Virus record (IMG/VR): IMGVR_UViG_3300048502_000185
Location: 1 to 64,000 of that record
Reading direction: 5' to 3' (one strand)
Length of the DNA stretch: 64,000 nucleotides
DNA from: a virus
Taxonomy: Duplodnaviria > Caudoviricetes
The translations under genes and the position numbers were made by a program. Numbering within the stretch: the stretch's first letter is position 1; each line of letters starts with the position of its first letter. Positions 32,700 to 41,918 of the stretch are shown here, one piece after another. The notes below the pieces were generated by a model that was not told where the DNA came from, did no database searches, and was given only the letters and a program-made list of their open reading frames with translations.

Positions 32700-33713
32700 C
32701 TACTTCTTAGTATTTATAGCCCGATGGGAAGTCTTGACATTCTTTTTCATTAGTTCATTAAACTCTTTTTCATTTTTACAACGTAAACCATGTATCCAAT
32801 ATTGCTTATGGCCATTTGACATGTAAATGGCGGGCCCATTTGCTCGATGGAACTTACCATTTAGATACCAATATTCATCCCCATTAGCATACTTAATAGC
32901 CGGGCCATCTTTGCGACTATATTTGCCATGTAGATACCAAAGCTTTGTGCCATCAGGATATTCTTGGGCTGGGCCATCTACACGGTGAAGTTTGCCTTTT
33001 AACCACCATTCTTTATAGCCATTAGGCGATTCTTTAGCGGGGCCATCTACCCTATGAAGCTTACCATATAGGTGCCAAAGCCTTGTGCCATCAGAATAGT
33101 TGATAGCGGGAGCATTTTCTCGATGGAGATTTTTGTTTAGATACCAAAACTTGGCGTTAGCATATTCTTGCAATTCGCCACCATTAGGAAGCTTCTTTAT
33201 TTTAACAGTATTTTTCTTCGCTGGCTTAAGACCTTCACCATTTAGGAACCACCACTTTTCACCATTAGCAAACTCAACAGCAGGTCCATTTTCTCGATGT
33301 AATTTATCATTTAAATACCATTCTTTATCACCATTAACTCTTTCAATAGCAGGACCATCTTCTCGATGAATCTTACCATTTAGATAATAAATGGTATCAC
33401 CATGGATATATTTAAAAATCTCTTTGCCATCAGGATATTTATATAATATTCCATTAGGCAATTTACTTATTTTAACTTTTTTCATTTTCTTTTCACCAAC
33501 CTTAAACATCCAAGATTTAAAATCTAGACATTCGCCATATAGCCACCATTCTTTATCGCCTTCAGCAAAGTCTATGGCAGGACCATCTTCTCTATGGAAT
33601 TCACCATTTAGGTAATGAATGGTATCACCATTGGTATATTTAAAAATCTCTATGCCATCAGGATATTTATATAATTTTCCATAAGGGAAATTACTTATTT
33701 TAACTTTTTTCAT
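32700..33713 (-). CDS. HREDGPA-repeat family, copy 8 (fusion of three units)
   Basis: About 9 HRxDGPA repeats; internal MKKVKIS restart; divergent tail CKNEKEFNELMKK. Confidence 0.85.
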   Translation of the reverse strand: MKKVKISNFPYGKLYKYPDGIEIFKYTNGDTIHYLNGEFHREDGPAIDFAEGDKEWWLYGECLDFKSWMFKVGEKKMKKVKISKLPNGILYKYPDGKEIFKYIHGDTIYYLNGKIHREDGPAIERVNGDKEWYLNDKLHRENGPAVEFANGEKWWFLNGEGLKPAKKNTVKIKKLPNGGELQEYANAKFWYLNKNLHRENAPAINYSDGTRLWHLYGKLHRVDGPAKESPNGYKEWWLKGKLHRVDGPAQEYPDGTKLWYLHGKYSRKDGPAIKYANGDEYWYLNGKFHRANGPAIYMSNGHKQYWIHGLRCKNEKEFNELMKKNVKTSHRAINTKK

Positions 33714-33720
33714 TTTCTTT

Positions 33721-33939
33721 TCACCAAAATGCTTTCAATCTCATTAGTCGCTCAAATTCTTCTTGAGTTTTACAAGATAATTTAACTCCATATAAATGCC
33801 ATTCTACAAGACCATTAAATATGACAGCCGGGCCATCGTCTCTATGACGTGCACCATTTAGATACCAGAGTTCATCGCCATTAGTGTATTTATGCCTGTT
33901 GCCACCATTAGGTAATGGAATTATTCTTAATATAGCCAT
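33721..33939 (-). CDS. HREDGPA-repeat family, copy 9
   Basis: Likely start MAILRIIPLPNGG; ...EFERLMRLKAFW. Confidence 0.82.
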   Translation of the reverse strand: MAILRIIPLPNGGNRHKYTNGDELWYLNGARHRDDGPAVIFNGLVEWHLYGVKLSCKTQEEFERLMRLKAFW

Positions 33940-33941
33940 AT

Positions 33942-34298
33942 TTACCAGAATACTTTCAACTTCAATAGTCTTTCGAATTGTTCTTGAGTTGTGCAAGACA
34001 ATTCCTTGCCGGATAGAAACCAGCCTTTATCACCATTAAAAGATTCAAATGCCGGACCATCTATGCGATGCATATTACCATTTAAAAACCAAACTTTGGT
34101 TCCATTACTCATGGACATGGCTGGTCCACCTATTCTATGGTTTTTGCCATTTAGATACCAACACTCACCACCACCACCACTATACTTTATAGCAGGGCCA
34201 TCCTCTCGGTGATATTCACCATTTTTATTAAAATATGATTTATCACCAGAATCATTCTGATGCAATTTACCGCCATTAGATAATTTAATTCTCTTCAT
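33942..34298 (-). CDS. HREDGPA-repeat family, copy 10
   Basis: 3 repeats; ...QFERLLKLKVFW. Confidence 0.85.
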   Translation of the reverse strand: MKRIKLSNGGKLHQNDSGDKSYFNKNGEYHREDGPAIKYSGGGGECWYLNGKNHRIGGPAMSMSNGTKVWFLNGNMHRIDGPAFESFNGDKGWFLSGKELSCTTQEQFERLLKLKVFW

Positions 34299-34303
34299 TT
34301 TTT

Positions 34304-34594
34304 CTACCAAAACACCTTCACCTTCATTAATCTTTTAAATTCTTTTTGGGTGGTGCAAGGTATTTGCACACCATGCAGATACCAACGTTTATGTCCATCC
34401 CAACGGATTACAGCAGGACCGTCTTCTCGATGTAATTTATCATTTAGATACCAAGCTTTGGAACCAGTAGAAAGTTCCAAAGCGGGGCCATTCTCTCGAT
34501 GTAATTTACCATTTAGAAGCCAATGTTTCTCACCATTAGGATATTTGTGTAACTCGCCGCCATTAGATAGTTTAGTTATTTTTTCCATTTTCAT
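34304..34594 (-). CDS. HREDGPA-repeat family, copy 11
   Basis: Start after GGAG in the hairpin linker; ...EFKRLMKVKVFW. Confidence 0.85.
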   Translation of the reverse strand: MKMEKITKLSNGGELHKYPNGEKHWLLNGKLHRENGPALELSTGSKAWYLNDKLHREDGPAVIRWDGHKRWYLHGVQIPCTTQKEFKRLMKVKVFW

Positions 34595-34600
34595 TTTACT

Positions 34601-34638
34601 CACTCCGTGGAATCTTCGAAACGAAGATTCTACCAAAA
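34601..34638. repeat. 38-nt hairpin linker repeat, copy 1 of 3
   Basis: CACTCCGTGGAATCTTCGAAACGAAGATTCTACCAAAA, identical at 35726 and 36269. Confidence 0.9.
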
Positions 34639-34914
34639 CCCTTTCAATCTCATGAGCCTTTCAAATTCTTCTTGAGAATTACAATCCAATCGCTCATCAT
34701 TTAAATACCATTCACCTTCACCATTACCATAATCAATGGCAGGCCCGTCTTTTCTATGACGCTTGCCGTTTATATACCATTCTTTAACACCACGAACACG
34801 ATCCAAAGCGGGGCCATCTTCTCTGTGGCGAAGTCCATCAAAATAATAAAATTTGTTTCCATTAGATACTTCGTGCAAAACTCCACCATTAGGCAGTTCC
34901 GTTACTTTTAACAT
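34630..34914 (-). CDS. HREDGPA-repeat family, copy 12
   Basis: 2 repeats; ...EFERLMRLKGFW. Confidence 0.85.
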   Translation of the reverse strand: MLKVTELPNGGVLHEVSNGNKFYYFDGLRHREDGPALDRVRGVKEWYINGKRHRKDGPAIDYGNGEGEWYLNDERLDCNSQEEFERLMRLKGFW

Positions 34915-34974
34915 TTTTCCTCAGCATAGATAACGAATTATTATCCATGATCGGGGAAACAAAATGGACTCTCA

Positions 34975-35397
34975 TTACCAAAATGCTTTTAGCAGCATTA
35001 GTCTTTCAAATTCTTCTTGAGTTTTACAAGGTATTCGTTCGCCATTTAGATACCAAGATTTTTTACCATTATCCCACTCAATAGCAGGGCCATCTTCTCG
35101 ATGAAGTTTGTCATTTAGATACCATTCTTTATCGCCAGTAGCCCATACCAAGGCTGGTCCATATTTTCGGTGAAGTTTGCCTTCTATACGCCATTCTTTA
35201 TAACCGCTGGTAAAGACTACGGCGGGGCCATCTTCTCTATGAAGCTTACCATCTATATACCAATATGTGGAATTGCCACTGTGAATAGCGGGGCCATCTT
35301 TTCTATGATATTTGTTATTTAGATAATAATATTTAGAGCCATCATTATATTCCCATAGTTTTCCGCCATTTGGTAAATCAGTTATTTTACAATCCAT
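34975..35397 (-). CDS. HREDGPA-repeat family, copy 13
   Basis: 4 repeats; ...EFERLMLLKAFW. Confidence 0.87.
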   Translation of the reverse strand: MDCKITDLPNGGKLWEYNDGSKYYYLNNKYHRKDGPAIHSGNSTYWYIDGKLHREDGPAVVFTSGYKEWRIEGKLHRKYGPALVWATGDKEWYLNDKLHREDGPAIEWDNGKKSWYLNGERIPCKTQEEFERLMLLKAFW

Positions 35398-35428
35398 TTT
35401 TCCCCTATAGTGATTGCAAAATCACAAT

Positions 35429-35710
35429 CTACCAAAATGCTTTCAATCTCATTAGTCGCTCAAATTGTTCTTGAGTTTTACAAGGTATAAGTTTGCCATT
35501 TATAAGCCATTCTTTTTGACCGCTACCCCATTCTATTGCTGGGCCATCTTCTCGATGAAGATTGTCATTTAGAAACCAAAATTTGTCACCATTAGCAAAC
35601 TCAATAGCCGGGCCATCTGTTCGATGAAGAAAGCCATTTAAAAACCAACTTTTGTCGCCACTATCATATTCATATAATTTGCCGCCATTATATAATCTAG
35701 TTATTTTCAT
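35429..35710 (-). CDS. HREDGPA-repeat family, copy 14
   Basis: Start MKITRL; ...QFERLMRLKAFW. Confidence 0.85.
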   Translation of the reverse strand: MKITRLYNGGKLYEYDSGDKSWFLNGFLHRTDGPAIEFANGDKFWFLNDNLHREDGPAIEWGSGQKEWLINGKLIPCKTQEQFERLMRLKAFW

Positions 35711-35725
35711 TTGTTTTACTTTACC

Positions 35726-35763
35726 CACTCCGTGGAATCTTCGAAACGAAGATTCTACCAAAA
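35726..35763. repeat. 38-nt hairpin linker repeat, copy 2 of 3
   Basis: Identical to 34601..34638. Confidence 0.9.
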
Positions 35764-36042
35764 CACTTTCAGTTTCATAAGTCTTTCAAATTGCTCTTGG
35801 TTTTTGCAATATAATTGCACACCATCTACATACCAATATTTATTACCATTGAGACAATCGATAGCAGGGCCATCTGTTCGATGGAGATGGCCATTGATAT
35901 ACCAATAGCGAGTGCCATTTATTAGCTCAACGGCGCAACCATCTTCTCGATGATAATTATGATGCAAATAATAATACTTCTCACCATCAGAATATTCATG
36001 CAGTTCGCCACCATTTGGCAACTGGGTTATCGTTCTATCCAT
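35755..36042 (-). CDS. HREDGPA-repeat family, copy 15
   Basis: 2 repeats; ...QFERLMKLKVFW. Confidence 0.85.
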   Translation of the reverse strand: MDRTITQLPNGGELHEYSDGEKYYYLHHNYHREDGCAVELINGTRYWYINGHLHRTDGPAIDCLNGNKYWYVDGVQLYCKNQEQFERLMKLKVFW

Positions 36043-36255
36043 TTACCAAAATGCTTTCAACTTCAATAGTCTTTCGAATTGAACTTGGGTTGTGCAAGGT
36101 ACGCAAATACCATTTAGCCACCATTCTTTAGAGTCATCACTACGATCAACAGCCGGGCCATCTTCTCTATGGAATCCCTTATTCCGAAAATAATATTTAT
36201 CACCAGAAGAATACTCGTGCATCCAGCAGTCATGAGGTAATTTAATTATTTTCAT
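36043..36255 (-). CDS. HREDGPA-repeat family, copy 16
   Basis: 1 repeat; LPHDCWM variant N-terminus. Confidence 0.85.
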   Translation of the reverse strand: MKIIKLPHDCWMHEYSSGDKYYFRNKGFHREDGPAVDRSDDSKEWWLNGICVPCTTQVQFERLLKLKAFW

Positions 36256-36268
36256 TTTATACTTTATC

Positions 36269-36306
36269 CACTCCGTGGAATCTTCGAAACGAAGATTCTA
36301 CCAAAA
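36269..36306. repeat. 38-nt hairpin linker repeat, copy 3 of 3
   Basis: Identical to 34601..34638. Confidence 0.9.
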
Positions 36307-36510
36307 TGCTTTCAATCTCATTAGTCTTTCGAATTGATCTTGAGTTGTGCAAGGTATTCGAATACCATTTAGCCACCATTCGTTAGTGCCATCAGGATTT
36401 TCAACAGCTGGACCATCATCTCTATGATATGATAAACTACGAAAATAATATTTATAACCAGGAGGATACTCATTCATCCAGCAACCATGAGGTAATTTAG
36501 TTATTTTCAT
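36298..36510 (-). CDS. HREDGPA-repeat family, copy 17
   Basis: Closest to copy 16 (LPHGCWM). Confidence 0.85.
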   Translation of the reverse strand: MKITKLPHGCWMNEYPPGYKYYFRSLSYHRDDGPAVENPDGTNEWWLNGIRIPCTTQDQFERLMRLKAFW

Positions 36511-36791
36511 TTTATACTTTTTTATACTTGCGCTTCCACCAATCTTCAATGGCTATAAACAAACAAGTGTCATTGCCAAGTCCAGCCAAAGCGTCAATGC
36601 AAAAAACAAAGACAATTATATCAAAGCCCATCAAACCTGGATACATACTAAAAAAACTAATAAAATCTTTCATTTATCACTCCCGAATAGTTCAATTAAG
36701 GCATCTATAGCCAGAATAAAAACCAACAATATCATTGCTACAAGAGTGGTAATCATAAGATACTTCATAGGACACCTAATATAATACTAGA

Positions 36792-37139
36792 CTATTCAGC
36801 AACTCCCAAAAGAATGCCTTGCTCTTTCCATTTGTTGGAAACAACAAACGGTTTCTCATCTTCTTCAATTGGAGGATCTTCAATAACCTCGGTCAGAAAG
36901 AAAACTCGTTCGAGATCATTGAGATCTTCAAGAAACGATTCTTCAAAAGAATCAAGGACTTCTTCTTGATTCTGCTCATCATCCTGAAGTTCAAGATACA
37001 ATACGGCTTTTTGATCGTGCAAACACTTGGACAATTCAAGAGTTAGTTCTGGTCTTTTTTCTTGAAGAGCCATCCAAAGGAACGTGTCAATCTCATATTG
37101 ATGAGATGAACCAAAGTCTGTTTCTGTACGGGGTTTCAT
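36792..37139 (-). CDS. Acidic protein, paralog of 59132..59497
   Basis: Shared L.DLERVFFLT[ED] motif. Confidence 0.6.
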   Translation of the reverse strand: MKPRTETDFGSSHQYEIDTFLWMALQEKRPELTLELSKCLHDQKAVLYLELQDDEQNQEEVLDSFEESFLEDLNDLERVFFLTEVIEDPPIEEDEKPFVVSNKWKEQGILLGVAE

Positions 37140-37177
37140 GTAAATAAAATTACCTTTCGTGAGTGCTGGTTATATTT

Positions 37178-37206
37178 AAGTTAAGCATCGGTGCCCGATG
37201 GGTCAA
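37178..37206 (-). promoter_or_regulatory. Putative sigma70 promoter with the CCCATCGGG motif overlapping the -35/spacer
   Basis: TTGACC-CATCGGGCACCGATGCT (17 nt)-TAACTT. Confidence 0.55.
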
Positions 37207-37216
37207 GAGGTCAATC

Positions 37217-37519
37217 TTACTTTCGCTTGGTTCGTTCATGCGGCAGAGCTAACTCAGGATTAGCAGTAATCGCAATTAGTTCGCACGCATTCCAAAGCAA
37301 CCAATCAGATAGTTCAAGAAAAGTAACGATGGACATATTCATCGGAAACTTACCTGCTTGATGCTGGATCAAGCACGAATATTTAATTGGAAACAACGGG
37401 TCATCGACGGCAGCATTTGCTGCCGCGATATCATGATGAAACACAAAATCAACCAGAGTGTTTAGTCTGGTTGGGCAATCTTGGTAATTCGGGAACATTG
37501 TTTTGGTGCGTGATAGCAT
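37217..37519 (-). CDS. Hypothetical protein
   Basis: 100-aa co-oriented ORF. Confidence 0.55.
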   Translation of the reverse strand: MLSRTKTMFPNYQDCPTRLNTLVDFVFHHDIAAANAAVDDPLFPIKYSCLIQHQAGKFPMNMSIVTFLELSDWLLWNACELIAITANPELALPHERTKRK

Positions 37520-37618
37520 TTTCGATCCTGTCGGTGATAATTTTGGTTTCTGCGAGGCTCTTTACTATTTTCAATCTACGAGACGATGGGAAGTTTGATT
37601 GTTTCAACATTGCCAATT

Positions 37619-38218
37619 TTACCTGGATTGCACTTGGCAAAGAATCTCGGGATGACCAGGCGGGTGAGTCATGTAGCTCGGATCAAAGTGCTTGCTCATA
37701 ATTGGAGATATCTCAGCAACATTATCTTGGAGATATTTTATGAATTGTTTCTCAAGCAACTTTGCATCAATTTGACTTGGAGAATAATAAAAGACCTTGC
37801 AATATATCTCCATGTCAGCGATGACACAATTGGGCTGAAGTCCCAAACGAACTTGTTCGGGGCTTCTATCGCATGTAATATCAAATGACATTACGGAACG
37901 ATAACCTGATGGGCCAGCATCATTATAGCCGACTGGCACGCTATGAGGCTTGATTAAGAAACCTTTGCCAACAATTACTGGGATGTCAATGTCATCATAG
38001 ATATGAAGTGATATCATTCCAGTTGTCCAAACTATAGGTGGAGTAGTTTGGACATGTTCGATTGGGGCGATGACAACATTTGTTGGCGTTGTGTGTGCGA
38101 TGCTTTTGCTTGGAGTCACGCTCGCACAGTTGAGCGCGAGCGCAGACAAAGCGATCCCAAAGAGATTAATTGTTTTGTTCATTGTTCCTTTCAAAAAGCT
38201 TGACAAGTTCCGGGACAT
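37619..38218 (-). CDS. Putative lipoprotein/secreted protein
   Basis: MNKTINLFGIALSALALNC lipobox-like (true start probably the internal Met). Confidence 0.55.
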   Translation of the reverse strand: MSRNLSSFLKGTMNKTINLFGIALSALALNCASVTPSKSIAHTTPTNVVIAPIEHVQTTPPIVWTTGMISLHIYDDIDIPVIVGKGFLIKPHSVPVGYNDAGPSGYRSVMSFDITCDRSPEQVRLGLQPNCVIADMEIYCKVFYYSPSQIDAKLLEKQFIKYLQDNVAEISPIMSKHFDPSYMTHPPGHPEILCQVQSR

Positions 38219-39372
38219 CCAGTCTGGTTATTTTCTACGTTTAGTGGACAACCAGCATCACCATGATTACATACATCAGATAGAATCCCAAAGCCTTGAA
38301 TAGTTTGTGCACAATCATTATCTACTAAACAACTTGCTCCAACTGGAAGTGGAGTGATACACGTTGAAGTTCCGGTAGTAGCCCCTCCGGCTATATTATA
38401 TATAGCAATACCAAAACAGATCAAACCAGGAGCACATTCAGCAATTTGGCTGGTGGTACTAAGCGGCGTATTACAAATACCTCCCAATCCAGGACGTGGT
38501 TGACATGTAGCGGTGATAAAAGAACCTGGTGCTGTCGCCAGGCATTGTAGCCCACTTCCACAAGATTCAAGTAGTCCAGCGCTATATGGCCTACTCCCAT
38601 TACAATCGAACGGAACATCACATGTATTGCATATCGATCCTACCAGTCCATCAGTTTGATACTGCTGACATGTAAATGGACCGTTGCTTTCGCCAGGGCT
38701 AATAGATATTACTAAACCAGATTCAGTTAAACACTGTTGGCCACTTCCACAAACAGTAATAAGGTTTGCTGGAACCTGCGAACAATTAGTAGAACTATCT
38801 GGACAACAAAAGGAACCTAATGTAGTATTAGTTGTTGATGCTTCCGTTCCAGCATCAGGAATAGTTTGTGCAAAAATAACTGTGGAAGTTTCTGGTGAAT
38901 TCAAATCTGCCATTCCAGAATCTGCAACGGGCGTTGACGCTTCTGGCAAAACTGCCCCAGCATCAGGCGTAGGATCAACCGTACCAGCATCAGGATCAGC
39001 GGGAGGATCGGCGTTAGGAGCCAAGGCAACAGACACTCCGGCGTCCTCAAGATTGACAGTAACTACGACGGTCACCACGACAACAGTTGGTAGTCCGCCA
39101 TCAGTAGATTCTGACATTGCGGTTTGCGTAGCGGTAGACGCTGCCACAGCCGTGTTCGCAACAAATGCGGATGAAGTTGTGGATGTGTTCGTGCCAGTAT
39201 CAGTTCCAGTATTAGATCCAGTAGAATCTACTTGGACGATTGCCGAAGAAGTTGATCCAGAGTCGTTAGGACTATTAGGATCGTTAGGTTCATTAGCCGA
39301 ACCAGGGAAGAGCGTACAAGAGGAAGACGCAATCATAATTGATAACAGTGTTGCGGAATATTGAATTTTCAT
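38191..39372 (-). CDS. IMIASSxC-LFPG family lipoprotein, duplicate A (S/T/DAG stalk plus Cys-rich head)
   Basis: First about 450 nt nearly identical to 39984..40973; different Cys-rich C-terminus. Confidence 0.85.
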   Translation of the reverse strand: MKIQYSATLLSIMIASSSCTLFPGSANEPNDPNSPNDSGSTSSAIVQVDSTGSNTGTDTGTNTSTTSSAFVANTAVAASTATQTAMSESTDGGLPTVVVVTVVVTVNLEDAGVSVALAPNADPPADPDAGTVDPTPDAGAVLPEASTPVADSGMADLNSPETSTVIFAQTIPDAGTEASTTNTTLGSFCCPDSSTNCSQVPANLITVCGSGQQCLTESGLVISISPGESNGPFTCQQYQTDGLVGSICNTCDVPFDCNGSRPYSAGLLESCGSGLQCLATAPGSFITATCQPRPGLGGICNTPLSTTSQIAECAPGLICFGIAIYNIAGGATTGTSTCITPLPVGASCLVDNDCAQTIQGFGILSDVCNHGDAGCPLNVENNQTGCPGTCQAF

Positions 39373-39588
39373 AGATTTTTTTACCAACTTTCGTTATAGG
39401 TTTATGCTCCCTCGGCAACTTGCTGCTGATGGGAGCGTTTTTTTTCGTCTCATACAGGCGACACGGCATGTGCCCCGATGGGATTACAGGATGTTAGTCT
39501 TGGCAAACTCACCAAAATATTTTTCAGCCGCTTTGTTATATGCTTCGGCTGCCTCAATTTCTGATGCAAAATACCCTAAATGTATTAG

Positions 39589-39987
39589 TTTCTTCTTTAC
39601 AGTAATACGAGCTTTCCATTTTTTTGCCCAACTCACAACGTCCTTCAACTCGTCGAAGCCTCAATAAAGAGAATTGATGATTTAGCACTGTCGGAAAAGC
39701 AGCATTCAACAGAATTAAGAGTAGCAGAGAGCCATCGCCTAAATGCTATTATTGAAAATACAAAAGAACAAACGCTATCACAAGCCGCTATACTAGCCAC
39801 TCAACTCCAAAGTAATACTGATTCTATTAGACTCCAAATCAATAATCTATCTGAACGACTTTCAATTGTTGAGAAAAATAACAATGAAAATGCTGGATCT
39901 CGTAATAAATCGCAACTAAACATAGGTTATATAATTGCAGCAATAACAATCTTCGTTGCTATTATTGGCTATTTTCTTCATCATTAA
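39589..39987 (+). pseudogene. Start-less coiled-coil ORF with a C-terminal TM helix
   Basis: Open frame ...PTHNVLQLVEASIKRIDDL...IGYIIAAITIFVAIIGYFLHH*; no in-frame start, a T7 run lies upstream. Confidence 0.45.
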
Positions 39988-40973
39988 AACTGACAAACAG
40001 GTGTTCCGCCATCCAAAGACGAGCATGACAATGGACCAGCGCTTGATGCACAATCCTGATATACCTGACAGGGTTCTCCTTTGGCTCTTGGAACAATGCA
40101 AGTGGAACTTGGGCTACCTAATAGTATAGGAAACTCCTTCGTATCACAGTCTGTATTGCTTGTGCAAGGCATACCAAAACAAGTTAGTCCGACATCGCAA
40201 AATGGGTTGCCGGCACCGCTGCAAACTCCTCCTAATTCTACCGGTGCTTCACAAACACTCGGACCGCCTACGAGAACGCAGGTTAGTCCAGCTTGACAAA
40301 CACCACTTGATTGTTTTGATACAGGAAAATTACAATCAAGTGGTTGTGTTCCAATACCACAACAATACCCACCTAATCCAACTGGTGGTAATATAGGAAT
40401 AATTGTGGATGCTTCTGAAACGCTTGGAGGATCAGCATCTGGCGAGGCATCTGGCGATCCTGCATCGGGAATGGTATCAGCGAAAATGATTGTAGAAGTT
40501 TCTGACGAGTTAGAACCAGAATCTGCAACAGGCGTAGATGCTTCTGGCAAAACCGCTCCAGTATCAGGCGTAGGATCAGCCATACCAGCATCAGGATCGG
40601 CAGGAGGATCGGCGTTAGGAGCCAAGGCAACAGACACTCCAGCGTCCTCAAGATTGACAGTAACGACGACGGTCACCACGACAACAGTGGGTAGTCCGCC
40701 ATCAGTAGATTCTGACATTGCGGTTTGCGTAGCGGTAGACGTTGCCACAGACGTGTTCGCAACAAATGCGGAAGTAGCTGTAGATGTGTTCGTGCCAGTA
40801 TCAGTTCCAGTATTAGATCCAGTAGAATCTACTTGGACGATTGCCGAAGAAGTTGATCCAGAGTCGTTAGGACTATTAGGATCGTTAGGTTCATTAGCCG
40901 AACCAGGGAAGAGCGTACAAGAGGAAGACGCAATCATAATTGATAACAGTGTTGCGGAATATTGAATTTTCAT
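39984..40973 (-). CDS. IMIASSxC-LFPG family lipoprotein, duplicate B
   Basis: MKIQYSATLLSIMIASSSCTLFPG; Cys-rich head shares the PVELGGVC/FCDVGLTC pattern with 6046..7590. Confidence 0.85.
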   Translation of the reverse strand: MKIQYSATLLSIMIASSSCTLFPGSANEPNDPNSPNDSGSTSSAIVQVDSTGSNTGTDTGTNTSTATSAFVANTSVATSTATQTAMSESTDGGLPTVVVVTVVVTVNLEDAGVSVALAPNADPPADPDAGMADPTPDTGAVLPEASTPVADSGSNSSETSTIIFADTIPDAGSPDASPDADPPSVSEASTIIPILPPVGLGGYCCGIGTQPLDCNFPVSKQSSGVCQAGLTCVLVGGPSVCEAPVELGGVCSGAGNPFCDVGLTCFGMPCTSNTDCDTKEFPILLGSPSSTCIVPRAKGEPCQVYQDCASSAGPLSCSSLDGGTPVCQF

Positions 40974-41012
40974 TTAATGGATAGCCTGCTTTCTTTTTTG
41001 TTAGGTTAATTG

Positions 41013-41333
41013 TCAGTCTGCAAAATCATCACGATCCTCGTCCCATTCACGGGCATACTCATCATCGAGATCGTCATCATCGTCAAGATAATCCATTACT
41101 TTTTCACGGACGCTTGCAACTTCCGATTCCGTTAGTTCATCGCCGAACACTTGCCCATTACATTTTACGCTCAAAATCTCAATGCTGCCAGGATCAGCCT
41201 CATAACAGTTTTCAGGCAAACCATGCGTGCGTGCAGGACTTCCAGGGGAAACTGCACACAATACATCAAGCGTGCAATGATAATACGAAGGAGTCTCTCG
41301 TTCAATACCAATATGAACTGTAATTTTTTTCAT
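41013..41333 (-). CDS. Hypothetical protein with acidic C-terminus
   Basis: 106-aa co-oriented ORF. Confidence 0.55.
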   Translation of the reverse strand: MKKITVHIGIERETPSYYHCTLDVLCAVSPGSPARTHGLPENCYEADPGSIEILSVKCNGQVFGDELTESEVASVREKVMDYLDDDDDLDDEYAREWDEDRDDFAD

Positions 41334-41544
41334 TGAAGTTTCAACTTCTTTCTTTTTGATTATCGAGAGTCTTGCTGTAGCTTCGGCTCGAAACCCCGAT
41401 GGGTAATCGGCTCATCTCCAAAAATATAAATCAAAGTTTTTGCAATCGGCATAATTGTATAAATCACCAAAAGCATTGGCAACTTGTAATCATAGTTTTC
41501 ACGGGTGAACAATTTTCTAATTGACATAACATCATTCCTTTATT

Positions 41545-41835
41545 TTACACGTGCACTGCTAACAACCGCGGAGACATCTGAACACGATAATACCCATGGT
41601 CTTCGTCGGTAATAAAACATCGCTGCCTGCCATTCTTGAAAAACCAAGGAACGATCTTGTTTCTGATGTCCCAGACCGAGTAATGTCGAATTGCCGTCAA
41701 ACTACCAAAAACCATTTTTAATTCTACTGCACCAGTAAGAATCCAATCCTTGGATGGAACCATTTTAATCGAAGGACGACCAATCTGGTTGGCATCATTA
41801 ACAAAATAAGTTTCATTAACAAGAGAAATTTGCAT
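41545..41835 (-). CDS. Hypothetical protein
   Basis: 96 aa; leader AAGTTCAAGGATA shared with 54748 and 55102. Confidence 0.55.
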   Translation of the reverse strand: MQISLVNETYFVNDANQIGRPSIKMVPSKDWILTGAVELKMVFGSLTAIRHYSVWDIRNKIVPWFFKNGRQRCFITDEDHGYYRVQMSPRLLAVHV

Positions 41836-41918
41836 TATAATATCCTTGAACTTTCCTTGAAACGTTGCTAGGAAGAATCTTCCCGCATCATTACTATTGG
41901 CTTGAAGCCCGATGGGAA

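Noticed and set aside
34601-36306. 38-nt palindromic repeat x3 as a CRISPR array
   Set aside because: Copies are separated by 0.5-1.1 kb of intact genes, not 30-40-nt spacers; no cas genes in the window
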